A DNA stretch of 64,000 nucleotides, taken from Negaprion brevirostris (Eukaryota). Shown here piece after piece: positions 11,210 through 24,525 of the stretch. Position numbers and translations under genes: made by a program. The notes under the pieces are model-generated. The model ran no database searches and had not been told where the DNA came from. It saw only the letters and a program-made list of their open reading frames with translations. Where the stretch lies: NCBI GenBank assembly GCA_030324005.1, contig JARDVH010000001.1, positions 106,857,389 to 106,921,388 of the forward strand, given 5' to 3'. The number at the start of each line of letters is the position of its first letter. Position 1 is the stretch's first letter.

Positions 11210-13015
11210 GATTTGCAGTTAAATATTGGGAAAACCAAACCCATTTGTTTTGGCCCCTTTTCCAAACTCCATTCTCTAGTTACTGACTCTGTCCCTCTGC
11301 CTAACAATAGTATTGGATTAAACCTGTGCATTTGCAACCTTGGTGTTACATTCAACCCCAAGGTGAGCTCCTGCCTCAAATTTGTGCTATCACCAAAATT
11401 GCCCATCTCCCGTAACAGCACCTGACTTCATCCCTGTCACATTTAATCAGCATTAGGCTTGACTATCCCAATGCACATCTGCTACCCTATATTCTACCTC
11501 TATAAACATTGTCATCCAAAACCCTGCCTGCAAAATCCTGTTCGCCCTACTGCCCCTGTGTTCATTAATCTACATTGCTAAACTAGAAGCCAATGTTTAG
11601 ACCTTAAAATGCTCATCCTTGTTTACAGATACCTCTATGGGTTTCTCTCTCCATCACTGTAATCTGCCCCCACAACCTTCCGAAATATGTGTTCCTCTAT
11701 TCTTATTACATAATTAAGGAGCATCCTCTTGAACATCCCTCATTTTAATTATCCAAGCATTGGTGGTTGTGCCTTCAGTTGACTGGGCCTTAAACTATGG
11801 AATATCCTCCCTACATTTCCTGACCCTTTGACTTCATTTTTCTCCTTTTAGAGGTACTTCTTGAATCCTTTTCTTGACCAAGCTTTTGGTCATCTGACCT
11901 AATAACTCATATGACTTGATGTCATGCTTTGTTTTAAAGTCCTTTGGTCGTATAGAACTCGAGCATTGCAGAAAAAGGAAATGTGAAAGCTTTTTATCTT
12001 GTGGTCATCAAGACATTTCATCAGTGTAAGAGGAAAACAACAATTTGTACTGCATGAGTAGAGAATGCTGATTGGATGGCAAGTCAGCTCTGATTCCTCT
12101 TTTAGGCGAACCAAATAAACCAACTCGAGTTTGTTCAGGGATAAAGTAAAAGGAGCTCGCCAAAAGGAGGGGGAACAGCCTGAACAGAATCAAAGTGCAA
12201 AGGAAACTTAAAACATCAAATCATAATGTGATTATCGGGGTCTATAATACACCCCAGTCCCTGCAGTGCCCAACGAGAAGATGTCAACTCCACCTGTGGA
12301 CACCGCATGCTCCCTCTCCAGGGACACCTAGCAGTGAACACAGACATGGTAGAGGGGCAGAAAGTCAACCTTGATTGGTACAGGTTTTGCCATTGAGAAT
12401 GTACTAATTAAAGGCGATTGCCAGTTAGCTGCCAAACGTTGTTTGAAATTTAAACCAGGCAGCTTGATGCTGATTGGACAATGCATTGGCCTGGGGAATG
12501 AATCAGTGAATGGCTGTTAATTTTGTTTAGCTGAAATAGGCACAATGTGTATATACTTCTGTCTGCAGAACAGGGCTCTGTGCATTAATATGTATAACTT
12601 CCAGTGCATGCAAATGTGTCACACTGTGAGCCTGACTGGCAATCTTAAATTAGTTGTCAATGTAAATTTTAGCATGCAGAGGATTATTTAGCAAATGTCT
12701 AATCACGCAATCACATCGAATGTTGGACAGTCTTTGGAGTTTTGCGGATACAGGCTGGTTGGGTATGGTCTGTATGTTGCCTGTTATGAACAGCATAATG
12801 GACATGTAGATCTGTAAGTCTTTGGAACGGCCAGCCTACAGACCAAGCATCACACTGGCACTGAAATTCATATAGCACTTCACTGGTATTCTTGTGAAGT
12901 GCCCTGATGAATGCAAAACAAAAAGCTTCAATATGTTTCTTTATTCAGAAATGCTTTGTTTAATAATACTTCTGTAGAGTGCCATGTGTTATTGTAATAT
13001 GGTAAATGCACTTTA
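11210..13015 (+). mobile_element. L2-type LINE 3' fragment (11210-11935 and 12951-13015), split by a family-2 Penelope-like insertion
   Basis: LQLNIGKTK...NLGVTF, RLDY and FKMLILV.R.L-like L2 ORF2 C-terminal motifs. The sequence resumes after the TSD. Confidence 0.65.
11939..12950. mobile_element. Non-autonomous Penelope-like element (family 2) with inverted hammerhead-like termini
   Basis: TSD atgctttgttt at 11924-11934 and 12951-12961. The right end ccctgatgaatgcaaaacaaaaagcttc is an inverted copy of the left end gaaagctttttatcttgtggtcatcaag. Homologous to 25723-26561. Confidence 0.65.
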
Positions 13016-14199
13016 TATGAGGTTTAGAATTGAAACAGATGTATGAAACTATTAGTGGCATACCTGCAAAACTTTTGAAATCTTGCACGTCATTTTGCTG
13101 TTTGCCAGTCTTGCTATTTAATGGACATTAAAAGGCAGCAAAGTTTTCATCTCCACATTTTTTTAATGCTCCTTTGAGGATGTGACAGAAGATATTTCCA
13201 CCATCAGCCTATTTCCTATGCACAGAACAGATCTTTGTTGCATTGTTTTGCAGGGCAAACACTTTCTTTTCACACTGAACAGTAATGGAAACATGGTGGG
13301 GCTGCTTCAAGGCAGGATTGTAGAATTTTAAAACACAAAACACGATGATGTGTATGCTGGCTTGAAAATAACCTGGATTTCCCAAGGTACAGAGAGTTGT
13401 TAATGGCAACCATGTCACCATTCAGACCCCTAAGGCACAGTATAATGGTCTATATGGATAAAAAGAATTTCTACTTCATCTTGGTGAGCTGGTCACTGTG
13501 CATTAATATTTTACTTTGCAGGTCAGATGTCCCACTCCTAGGCAGCATTTCATGCCATGATGCTTTCATTTTAAGATCATTGTATCTGTAAAGCCTGGAA
13601 AGTATCTGGAAAGGAAAGTGATACTGAAGGAATGGACCCTTGGAGATCAAGGCTTCCGCTTTAGCCCTGGTTAATGAGATCATTCACCAACATCGACCGT
13701 GTGGGTGACACTGTTCATGGCAGTTACAAGGCCTGTGTATTCACCAGGATCACATCTGGAGTGAGACAGGATTTAGACATGAAGAGGGATGAGGAAAACT
13801 CTCTTTATTTGTATTAGAACATGGAAGATTAAGAGGAGATCAGATAAAGGAGTGAGTTTTTTTATAATTAAAATTAAACTATTTCTGTTGATCAACGAGT
13901 TGGCAACTAGGTACCATAATTTAAAGCTTCCAATTTTAAAAAACTCAGAGGGAGAGATTTAAACATTGAGGATTGAATTAACTGCATAGTTATTTTCAAG
14001 CCAGCATACACATTATCACCTTCTGTGTTTTTAAAATCTACAATCCTGTCTTGAAGTGGTGCTTCATACATCATGACAGTACAACTGCACCAGTGCCTCC
14101 AAGATTCTACTCCATAATTTTGCTGTGCAAAGATTAATCGTGGAGATGGAGGAAAGGTCATGATTTTACTATGCAGGTCATTCATTTTGGTAGATTGAA

Positions 14200-15045
14200 C
14201 CAGGGCAGGATTTACTCAAGTTAATGGTAGGGCGTTNNNNNNNNNNNNNNNNNNNNNNNNNNNNNNNNNNNNNNNNNNNNNNNNNNNNNNNNNNNNNNNN
14301 NNNNNNNNNNNNNNNNNNNNNNNNNNNNNNNNNNNNGCGTTGGGGAGAGTGACAGAACAAAGAGATCCAGGGATACTTGTTCATAGCTCCTTGAAAGTGG
14401 AGTCACAGGTGGACAGAATGGTGAAGAAGGTACTCAGCACTCTTGGTTTCATCGGTCAGAACATTGAACACAGGAGTTGGGACATCTTGTTGAAGTTGTA
14501 CAAAACAATGGTAAGGCCAATGTGTACAGTTCTGGTCACTCTTATTATAGAAAGGATATTATTAAACTAGAAAGAGTGCAGAAGAGATTTATTAGGATGC
14601 TAGCTGGACTTGATGGATTGAGTTATAAAGAGAGGCTGGATAGACTGGAACTTTTTTCTCTAGAGCGTAGAAGGCTGAGGGTGATCTTATAGAGGTCTAT
14701 AAAATAATGAGGAGCATAGATCAGCTAGATAGTCATATCTTTTCCCAAAGGTAGGGGAGTCTAAAACAAGAGGATATAAGGGGAGAGATACAAAAAGATC
14801 CAGAGGGGAAAATTTTTCACACAGAAGGTGGTGAGTGTCTGGAACAAGTTGCCAGGAGTATAGTAGAAGTGGGTACAATTTTATCTTTTAAAAAGCCTTT
14901 AGACAGTTATGTGGTTCAGATGGGTATAGAGGGATATGGGCCAAATGCAGGCAATTGGGATTAGCTTAGGTGCTTTAAAAAAAAAAGGGTAGCATGGACA
15001 AGTTGGGCCGATGGGTCTGTTACCATGCTGTAAAACTCTACATGG
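14200..15045 (+). mobile_element. CR1 LINE 3' fragment (RT C-terminus and 3'UTR)
   Basis: EQRDPGILVHSSLK..LYKTMVRP..YRKDIIKLERVQKRFIRML.GL..LSYKERLDRLELFSLERRRLR. Ends ...accatgctgtaaaactcta. Confidence 0.9.
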
Positions 15046-15275
15046 ACTAATTATGTAGATATTGATTGAGAAAATGTATCTGTAGAAACCCCAACCCAGC
15101 CAAGGTAACTGGTGTACCAGTTACTCGTATGAGACATNNNNNNNNNNNNNNNNNNNNNNNNNNNNNNNNNNNNNNNNNNNNNNNNNNNNTTTGCACTGCC
15201 TTAACTAACTAGCTATAATGTATTGTGTTTCTATTTATTGTATGTTATCAGAAGGAGGCATAGAGCTCAAATACA

Positions 15276-15410
15276 GGCCGGAATTTTACCAGCGTGCCAG
15301 CCCCGATTCCGGGGGGGGGGGGGGGGGTTCGGCTCGGAGAACGGCATTCTGCGTTGGCCTTGGGTGGGATCGTGCGAAACTCGGGCAGACGTGCTTGTAA
15401 AATTCTGCCC
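15276..15410. mobile_element. 135-bp Harbinger-type MITE
   Basis: TIRs ggccggaattttac and gtaaaattctgccc with a 3-bp TSD aca on both sides. The TIR resembles that of the 3467-6271 element. Confidence 0.75.
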
Positions 15411-15414
15411 ACAG

Positions 15415-15655
15415 TCATAGAATCATAGAATATATAGTGCAGAAGGAGGCCATTCAGCCTATCGAGTCTGCAGCAATCGCTATCCTACCCAGGCCCTATC
15501 CCCATAACCCCATGCATTGTCCCTGACACTCAGGGGCAAGTTAGCATGATCTAACCTGCACAAGTTTGGACTGTGGGAGGAAACCGGAGCACCCGGAGGG
15601 AACCCACGCGAATACGGGAAGAACATGCAAACTCCACACAGGTAGAGACCCAAGC
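15415..15655 (-). mobile_element. V-SINE (HE1-like), CR1-like tail
   Basis: catagaatcatagaa tail and core ggactgtgggaggaaaccggagcacccgg on the + strand. Confidence 0.8.
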
Positions 15656-16004
15656 TGGTTCAACCAGCAAACAGTGTAACTGGTATATTCCCTGATTTTG
15701 TATCTTGAGTCAGTGATGTTGGTAACTTTTTCTAGGGCGCTAATAAAAGTGTTCTCCCTTTGCTGCTTGTGTACTGTCTGTCTTGCTAGACCTCAGTTAG
15801 AAATATAAGTGTGAGGAGCAATTTGGGATTCAAATTGCTCTCTACCTGAGATGACTTTATAACTACTGCTGTGACTAGCCTCATCTATATTGGCAGGCTG
15901 GCAACTGAAAACAAATCTGTTATCACTAACATCTGTGTACCTGGGGAGAGAGGATGGGGTAGAGCTGTAAGCTATGTTGTCCCAACGAGTGTCAAGCAGG
16001 AGTA

Positions 16005-16250
16005 TCCCCGTAACCCCATGCATTTTCCATGGCCAATTCACCTAACTGCACATCTTTGGACACTAAGGGGCAATTTTGCGTGGCCAATCCACCTAACCTA
16101 CACATCTGTATTGTGGGAGGAAACTGGAGACGCAGAGGAAACTCATGCAGATAGAGGGTGTATGTGCAAGTTCCATCAGTTACCCAAGGCTGTAATTGAA
16201 CCTGGGTGCCTGGTGCTGTGACGCAGCGGTGCTAACCACTGTGCCACCTG
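16005..16250 (-). mobile_element. V-SINE (HE1-like)
   Basis: Reverse-complement head (..gctgtgacgcagcggtgctaaccactgtgccacc) and core. Confidence 0.8.
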
Positions 16251-16509
16251 TAGAGAATTATTAAGACGTTCAGTTTACGATATTGGGCTATTTGATTTTT
16301 AAAAAAGCCACAATATTGTTTGATTCTAGATACGGAATTTATTTTGCTTGCTGTGAAACAAGGTGATATTTTGCCTTATCAATATCCCAAATATTTGCAT
16401 TTTGCTACCCTTGTCCTGGCTCATACTTTTCATTGGACTAAGAAGAAGAAATAATAAGACTGCAGAAAGTAAAATATTTCAGTGACTTAACAAATTGTTT
16501 ATTGCTATG

Positions 16510-16670
16510 ATTACAAACTGCTGGTAAAATTCAAACGATTTGACAGCATCGAGGGAGAGGGTCAAGTCATATTGGACTTGAAATGTTAGCTTTGTTTCTC
16601 TTTCCACAACTATTGGCAGACAGACCTGCTGAGTTTTTCCAGCATTTTCTGTTTTTATTTCAGAATTCTG
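16510..16670. mobile_element. Short fold-back element of family 3 (Penelope-like terminus)
   Basis: The left arm acaaactgctggtaaaattc...gacagcatcgagggagag is a degenerate inverse of the right arm ...gacctgctgagtttttccagcattttctgt. Same family as 25405-25535. Confidence 0.5.
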
Positions 16671-17471
16671 TGTTTGGCTTTCACTTTTATGTTCCATAGG
16701 CGTGAACACTGAAAATGTGATTGAACGTTTTAGAAAAAAGGGATTAGAGGCTTCTGAACTTAAATGGGTGGAGTTCAGGCTCTCAAACAACCAAATGGTG
16801 CCACACTGAATTTTTAAATTGACATTGATGCTTCACCAAATTTAAATGTGAATGTAAGCTTATTTTAAATTGAACACTGGGCCCAAAGTTTTACCTCTCT
16901 GTCAGGATTTCCCCCTATGTAGACTCTGCCTCGTCTTCAATAATTTATTGCAACATAAGTCCCGTATCTTCAGAATCTCTTGTTAGTATTGCCTGGTGTC
17001 TTTGTAGCTACAGCATATATAAATCACAACAGCACCTCGTACTGGACAATAACATTAGTTAACAAAAAAACTCATAAGTTTTTCAGCAGAGTTCTTAGTT
17101 TTTCACAAAGGATCCTGCAGACACAGACAGAAATGGCAAAATACTAATTTCTCCAGAACTGTAACAGCAGTCTAGATGTTGGAAATTTTGGTCAATCTTT
17201 AACATTTGGATGGTTTTACTATTGCGGCCATTAGAATTTGTGTATTCTGGCATAAAAATACCAGGGCTTCCATTTGTGTAATGCAAGTGATTGATTGCAG
17301 AGGTTGTGACATACAATTATCTCTAGTGGGCAACTATATCAATATTTTGTGGTAATCCTGAGTATCTGTTTTGCAAATTGGGTGTCGAATCAAATGCAGG
17401 TTAGCAGTGCAGATTTGATTTTCCTCCCTTTCAGATGTGCAATCAATGACTAACATTTCTCTTATTGGCAG

Positions 17472-17555
17472 GGAGAGAAATTTGGACCCTTTGCTGGAGA
17501 GAAAAAAATGGCCAATGAACTGGATGAAAGCATGGATCCCAGGCTGATGTGGGAG
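17472..17555 (+). CDS. PRDM5: PRDM5 coding exon 2 (PR/SET domain)
   Basis: ag|GGA...GAG|gtaac, 84 bp, phase 0/0. [28 protein letters not shown]. Confidence 0.95.
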
Positions 17556-18664
17556 GTAACAGTTCATAGTACTGTATTAAATCAGGTTTCTTAACCAGGA
17601 GAAAAGTTACATGCTGCACATAAGGCTTGAACATATATTGCTCCCTTCCCAAATGAAAGCGTTTTTTGGTTTTATTGTGTATTCCATTTCCCTCCAATAT
17701 GGGACATTTTATATAATCTCACATGGGAAACATTAAACAACACATCTGTTTCATTGATCCCGTGTGATGACATATCAGACATGTAATCTGTATGTCCCCA
17801 CTTGCAAACCTCATTGAAATGATTGTAGAAAGTGGTAACACAGTCCACCTGGGATTGAGTGCTTTTCTAATAGGATTGTGTGTTTGCTGATTATTTGGTT
17901 CTCTCTTGTGAACTCTGTCTGTCATCTTAGGTGGTCCTGGGGAAATAAAGATGTGGAAAGATTTGCCCTGGAGCACCTTTCAGGGTATGGGGAGGTGGGG
18001 AAAGAACACTTCTAATTGTGATACGAGTTGTACAGGCAATGGAAATAAACTCTTCTGTGAACACATTTCTGTGCCAGACAGTCCTATATTAGATAAGTCG
18101 CAGTTGAATGGAATGAAAATGTATTGAACAAGTTAGATACGTGCAGTGTGCCATTTGTCATATTAGTGTAGCAAAGACTTCTAGATTATTTCCACCTCCT
18201 CAACAAGTTTGTCATTTTTCTGAATACATCTGTTTTATTCCTGCAAAAAAAAAGTGGAAATGTTTTAAGGCCAGAGCAGTTTGAGGGAACGATGTGTAGC
18301 AAAGAATTGTGAAGGGCATTATCAAATGTTACATCAATACATTTCATGTCATGTTTTACAATAGTCTGTATTATTACCTGCCGGGATATTCTTTATTTGA
18401 AACTGAGTCAAAAACCAAACAGTACAGCCTCCTGGAGATTGTCGATATAGCACAGTGTGAGACTATCGCTCTAATTAAGGATTGCTAGATTTCTTTCGCG
18501 TGACTGTACATTTACTTTTATTTTCAGTCAGGTTTTGTGTTGGGTCTTGTCATCACAAAGGAAACGAACTCCTTTCTGTAATTGTAATATGTTTCTGTGA
18601 TATCTGACCAGACTTTGCATGGAATAGTTTAAATCATTGAAAATCATTGCTTGTGTTTACAATT

Positions 18665-18830
18665 AAAGTTTATTTTGTTAGTGTCACAAGCAGACTTACA
18701 TTAACACTGTGATGAAGTTACTGTGAAAATCAGCTAGTTGCCACGCTGCAGACCCTGTTTGGATACACTGAGGGAGAATTTAGCACAGCCAATGCATCTA
18801 ACCAGCATGTCTTTAAGACTGTGGGAGAAA
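18665..18830 (-). mobile_element. V-SINE 3' half, tail type B
   Basis: aaagtttattttgttagtgtcacaagcagacttacattaacactg...gactgtgggag. Confidence 0.75.
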
Positions 18831-19569
18831 CCCTGTCACTGAGAATCATCTTCTGAAGAACAAAGCAAAGCACAACACAGGGCCAGGCCCTTCGGCCCTC
18901 CAACCCTGTGCCCATCATGGTGCCCTAAGTAAACTTAAATAAAAAATTTTGCATAGGTAATAAATTCTGGCCTTATTAGTGATACTCATAATCCCAAGAA
19001 TGAATGAAAAAATTAACTAGATTTTGGGATTATATATTAATCTATATTTTTCCATGGCAATTCGGCGACTTGTGTTACTTTATAGGGAACACAGATCAGT
19101 AGGGGTGGTGGGGGCCTGAATTGCGATCCGGATTGCAACAATCCATCCTGTAAAATTCTCATTGCTTTTCTCACTGGCGATGACACTTCATCACCTTTTG
19201 GGAGAATTCGACCTGTCAGCTTTCATTCAGTGCCGCTGCATTCAAATCCTGACACTCCCTTCTTAACATCACACGATTGGCAGTGGTTCAAGATTCAGCT
19301 CACCTGCACTATCTCAAGGGCACAAATGCTATCCTAGCCAGGGATGACCACATGCCAGGATGAAATGAAATAAAACTCTGGTTATGATGGATAGGAATGG
19401 GACCAGATGATGCAGTCCTACCTAGTTGCACAACATTGGAAAAGATGGGGTTGGGAGTGAGGGTGCATTCTTATCCAGAACATTCACACGGAATCTGAGC
19501 AGGCGAGGGCCAGACAATGGAAATTTCCAATGTCCTGGAGAGGCATATGCCAGGCTCGAGTCGAGCGAG

Positions 19570-20892
19570 GCCATAAAATCCCACCCTTTAAATGCCGATT
19601 GAAGTGAAGACGGGAGAGAATCGTGCCCATTTTTCAGTTGAGCTCCCGGTTGCAATTATACGACGCTTATGTATTTTTTTAAAAAGCCCAAATACGATTT
19701 GTGCTTGCAGGGGGAGTGGGCGAAACCTATTCATGCTGAGAAACCGGCTGCTGAACTCTTGAGGCACAGTGCCATGATCTGTCTGTGCACTGTGTACACA
19801 TGGGACCGCTCCTTCATGCCCTGCCCCCTTGGCACTGCATTGTCAGGCTGGCAGTGCCAGGGTACCAGGCTGGCAGCCAATAATTGGATCAGGGGACAGG
19901 GATGGAGGAATAAGAGGTAAACCAAGGACTAGACCAGGGGTTGCAGAACTTGAGAAGTTATAGTGGTAGGAGCAATGGGTTGATTTTAAACTCGAGGGCC
20001 AGAATTTTAACTTTGCTGAGGGACCAAGGGGACGATTCTCCCAGAAGTGCTGAATTGGCAGGAAAACTGTTCTAACTCCCAATTGTTCTGACAATTCGCC
20101 TGAATCTCCGCACTCTGCGCACTGAAGTGGTCCTAGTCATAAATCTCATTGAAAACCCGGGGGGTGGGNNNNNNNNNNNNNNNNNNNNNNNNNNNNNNNN
20201 NNNNNNNNNNNNNNNNNNNNNNNNNNNNNNNNNNNNNNNNNNNNNNNNNNNNNNNNNNNNNNNNNNNNNNNNNNNNNNNNNNNNNNNNNNNNNNNNNNNN
20301 NNNNNNNNNNNNNNNNNNNNNNNNNNNNNNNNNNNNNNNNNNNNNNNNNNNNNNNNNNNNNNNNNNNNNNNNNNNNNNNNNNNNNNNNNNNNNNNNNNNN
20401 NNNNNNNNNNNNNNNNNNNNNNNNNNNNNNNNNNNNNNNNNNNNNNNNNNNNNNNNNNNNNNNNNNNNNNNNNNNNNNNNNNNNNNNNNNNNNNNNNNNN
20501 NNNNNNNNNNNNNNNNNNNNNNNNNNNNNNNNNNNNNNNNNNNNNNNNNNNNNNNNNNNNNNNNNNNNNNNNNNNNNNNNNNNNNNNNNNNNNNNNNNNN
20601 NNNNNNNNNNNNNNNNNNNNNNNNNNNNNNNNNNNNNNNNNNNNNNNNNNNNNNNNNNNNNNNNNNNNNNNATGGTCCTGATAATGAACACACGTGCAGA
20701 AAAGATTTAAATGACGTACCTGCGTTCCTGCCGGTTTCCAGCGTGGTCTGGCCGGTGACTGTTTGCTGGCTCTGGGAGATGCACGTGTGTTCCCGGCGCA
20801 TGCACGAATCCCTGTTCAAGACCGTAGATACACGTCTGCTACCACGGCCTGCAGGAAAAGTTGCAGGTCGCAATGGGAGAATTGTGGCCCAA
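19570..20892. mobile_element. Cluster of Harbinger-type non-autonomous element pieces (partly in a gap)
   Basis: CpG-retaining sequence with TIR-like ends ggggacgattctccc (~20028) and gggagaattgtggccc (~20875-20890), plus gggagagaatcgtgccc (~19611). Confidence 0.4.
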
Positions 20893-21576
20893 GTGTCAAT
20901 GACCACCATCAATCAGGATGATGTTTAATATAGAATGCGATATGGGCAGGTGAGTTTTGAATGAGGTGGAGCTTATTGCAAATGGGAGGCTGAACATTTG
21001 TATTCTCATTCATACCGCTGTTATCAGCAGATTCAATTCCTTCAGAGGCATGTGCACAGTGTTATACTATAGCATCGCTGGAAATATTTGGTCTTTACGA
21101 TCGAGATAAAGTTGGAGGTTTAACTGTGCTTCCAAAACAACACTGGGATTGCAAGTTGAATGGTTAAGCTGGAAAATTGCTTGGACAGTGGATGACAATG
21201 TTGACACAGGCTGAAGATGGTGGATTCTGTTTTTGCAATATGTAATTGGAAGAAATTAGGGCTCTGTAAGACAGTATTACATACCGTGGAGGATTGCGAG
21301 AGGAGGTGGGGAGATAGAGCTGGAGATATTGGTTTTTGCACAAAAAATGATGTGGCTTTGGATCAAGTTGCCAGGAGCAGCATGCGGATGCAGACAAGGA
21401 GACGATTAACCTTGCATGCTTCAAACAGTCCAGAAGTTTAAGTGTTTAGTTAAGTAGTTTACTAATGTGAGACATAGAACAGTTCGCAAGCTTATATATT
21501 GAGAATAAGGTACAGCGATGGCAAGAGTTAAGAAGAATAAGCTGTGAAGTACATTGCAAAATTATGAGAAATATGT

Positions 21577-21810
21577 AGCACAGTGGTTAGTACTGCTGCC
21601 TCACAGGGACCCGGATTCAATTCCGGTCTTGGCAAAACTGTCTTCGTGGATTTTGAATGTTCTCCCCGTGTCTGCATGGGTTTCCTCCAGCTGCTCTGGT
21701 TTCCTCTCCCAGCCCAAAGATGTGTAGGTTAGGTGGATTAACCACGGTAAATGCATGAGGTTACAGGGATAGGGCTGGGGGTAGGCCTGGGTAAGTTGTT
21801 CTTTCTGAGG
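21577..21810 (+). mobile_element. V-SINE (HE1-like)
   Basis: gcacagtggttagtactgctgcctcacagggacccggattcaattcc head and core. Confidence 0.8.
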
Positions 21811-22374
21811 AATAGCCTAACCCCACAAACTCATTCCAGCTGTACTCATAAATTTCAGGTAAAATTATAAAAAGTAGAGGTTTTGATTTGCTGGTTTTTC
21901 ATTCTGGGATTGGTTGACTGGCCCGATCCTGGACTCACTCAACATGTGCGAGTTTGAGTAGAGAATGCAAGGGAATTGATTTGAGGAAATGCGAGGGACA
22001 TATCTCTTGCTCGTCTTTAATATGGAAACTGCCCCTTCAAGTGTTATTTATCTCCCTATCTTTGGTCATAAATGTTGAAACCAATTACAGTGCTGTCCTT
22101 ACTGCTGTAGCAGCTAAGAACATGGTAGGGATCATTTCTGAATGTATGCTTCATTATTGCCTCATTTGTTGTAATTAACTATTGAGCTACTTGGGAGTTC
22201 TTGGCTGCTTCATTTAAAAATTAAACTGCTCTTTGTGATTGACCTTGATGCAATTGTTATAAAAGTAGTGACTGCAATTTAATGTGAAAATGTTGTGATG
22301 CAGAATGTTGTGACACGAGTGGTCTTTTTCCATGGCTCGGGAATTGTTTAGACTTAAATTGTTAATTTGCTATG

Positions 22375-23275
22375 AGTGCCATTGACAAGACCAGCATTTA
22401 TTAGCCAACCCTTATTGCTGTTGGGAAGTTGGCCATGAGGTATTTTAATGAAATGCTGCGGTCTGTGTAGTAGAGGTACTCATTCAATAATAGACAGAGA
22501 GTCCTAGAAATTTGAAATGTGATGGTGAAGGAACAGTAATATATTAACATATTGGGATGTTGTATATCTTGGCTATGGTTTGTTCCTATTGTTGCCTTAT
22601 TCCTAGGTGGTAGAGTTTGCAGGTTTGAGAAGCTACTATTGAAGAAACTTTTGCAGATGATATACACTGCAACTAGTTTGTGACAATGATGAAGGGAACA
22701 CATGTTTAATGGGGGCCCAAACAAGTGGACTCCTTTGTCCTAGATGGAGTCCAGCTTCTTGAATATTATTGGAACTGCATTCATAAAGGCAAATGGAGAG
22801 TATTCTATCACCATGACTTGTGCCATGTAGGTGGTGGACAGTCTTTGGGCAGTCAGGAGGTGAATCACCACGGAATTGTTGTCAGCCTCTCACCTACTGA
22901 TATAGCCACTTAATTGGCTGGTCCAATTAAGCTTCTGGTCAATGTTAATGGTGGAAGGTGGTCTGCCATTGAATGTCAAGAGGAATTGGTTTCTTGTTGG
23001 AGGTAGTTATTGTTTGCCTCTTATTTGTTTGAATTTATCAACCTAAGCCTGGTCTTGCCACATGTAAGCATGGAGTACTTCTATATCTAGGGAATTGTGA
23101 ATAGGACTGAACTCTGTGCAATCATCAGCAAACATCTGCAATTCTGTCCTTATGATGGAGGGTCATTGATGAAGCAGCTGAAAGTGGTCAGACCTTGGAC
23201 ATGACTTTGAGCAATTCCTGCAGTAATGTCTGGGGCTGAGGTGTTTGGCCTCCAACAATCATGGCCATCTTCTTT
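22375..23275 (-). mobile_element. CR1-clade LINE fragment with RT motifs
   Basis: Minus strand gives AGIAQSHVQGLTTFSCFINDP (GVPQGSVLGP..F..FINDL-like, ~23150-23222) and MFADDC (~23118-23135). Confidence 0.75.
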
Positions 23276-24234
23276 CCCTAATTCCCACTGACTTTTTGAA
23301 ATTTCATTTTACTCATTGGGCTAACGCAATTTATCGTTTTCCAAAAATGCCATCGGTCCCACACTTAACAACATATCACAGGAGGTAAATTTTCAATTAA
23401 TGATTCCCCTCATCTAGGTGTGAATCAGAATAGACCTTGATAGATTGAGGAGGATTTACAGAAAGTTGTTGAAGGTAAATGCAATATATAAGGCTTTTAA
23501 ATTGTGAAATGATATTGGCTGAGCAGAACTTGTTTTTAATGGAGAAGAATAGATTGAAGAGTAATATGCTACAGGGCAATAGAAGGTTAAGTAGACTATA
23601 TATAGTATATTTAAAGGAATTAAAACGATTGTGTTTGTGTGNNNNNNNNNNNNNNNNNNNNNNNNNNNNNNNNNNNNNNNNNNNNNNNNNNNNNNNNNNN
23701 NNNNNNNNNNNNNNNNNNNNNNNNNNNNNNNNNNNNNNNNNAGTAGACTATATAAAGTATATTTAACAGATTGGTCATGCTTTTTTGACAACTGAAGCAT
23801 AGAAATACACAACTAACAGGAATACAGAGCAGAATAATTTATTTCACATAAACTCCCAGCAATTGATGTTAAAGCAGTTGGATAAATATTTTAAAGAAAT
23901 GTTATATAAAGTTAGTTTTTATATTTGATGATTCCATTGTAGGGAGATTCATTAAAATACAAAATTAATGTCTTAATTTGTAGTTGAATTTAAGATTTTT
24001 AAAAATCTTACAGTTAAAATGTCTCGTATATGCTATTTGTGACTGTTCTCATTTGGAAAAGTGACTTTTAATCTGTAACACCTGAACTGCTACAAGTCTT
24101 AAAAAAAATTGCAATGTATTTACTTAGGACAAATAGCTCAAAGGAGGGCAGCAGTGGCAGGTTTACAGGGTTATCAAGCAGTATAGGGAGGGGGAGAAAA
24201 GAAAGAATGGGGTCATGATATTTGTTGCGGGATG

Positions 24235-24525
24235 AATGATGCAGTGGTTAGCACTGCTGCCTCATAGTGCCAGGGACCTGGATTCAATGCCCAGCCTGGA
24301 TCACTGTGCAGAGTCTGCACATTCTCCCCATGTCTGCGTGGGCTTCCTCCCAGCGCTCTGGTTTCATCCCACAGTCTGAACGATGTACCAGTTAGGTGCT
24401 TTGGACATACTAACTTCTCCCTCAATGTATCCGAATAGGCGCTGGAGTGTGGCGACTAGGGGATTTTCACATTAACTTCATTGCTGTGTTAATGTAAGCC
24501 TACTTGTGAAACTAATAAATAAACA
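24235..24525 (+). mobile_element. V-SINE (HE1-like), tail type B
   Basis: Complete head, core and the ggcgactaggggattttcac...gcctacttgtgaaactaataaataaac tail. Confidence 0.88.

Noticed and set aside
15311-15327. Poly-G runs as functional G-quadruplexes (also ~33100 and ~61655-61740)
   Set aside because: The runs sit in or near repeats or gaps, and nothing in the sequence indicates function.
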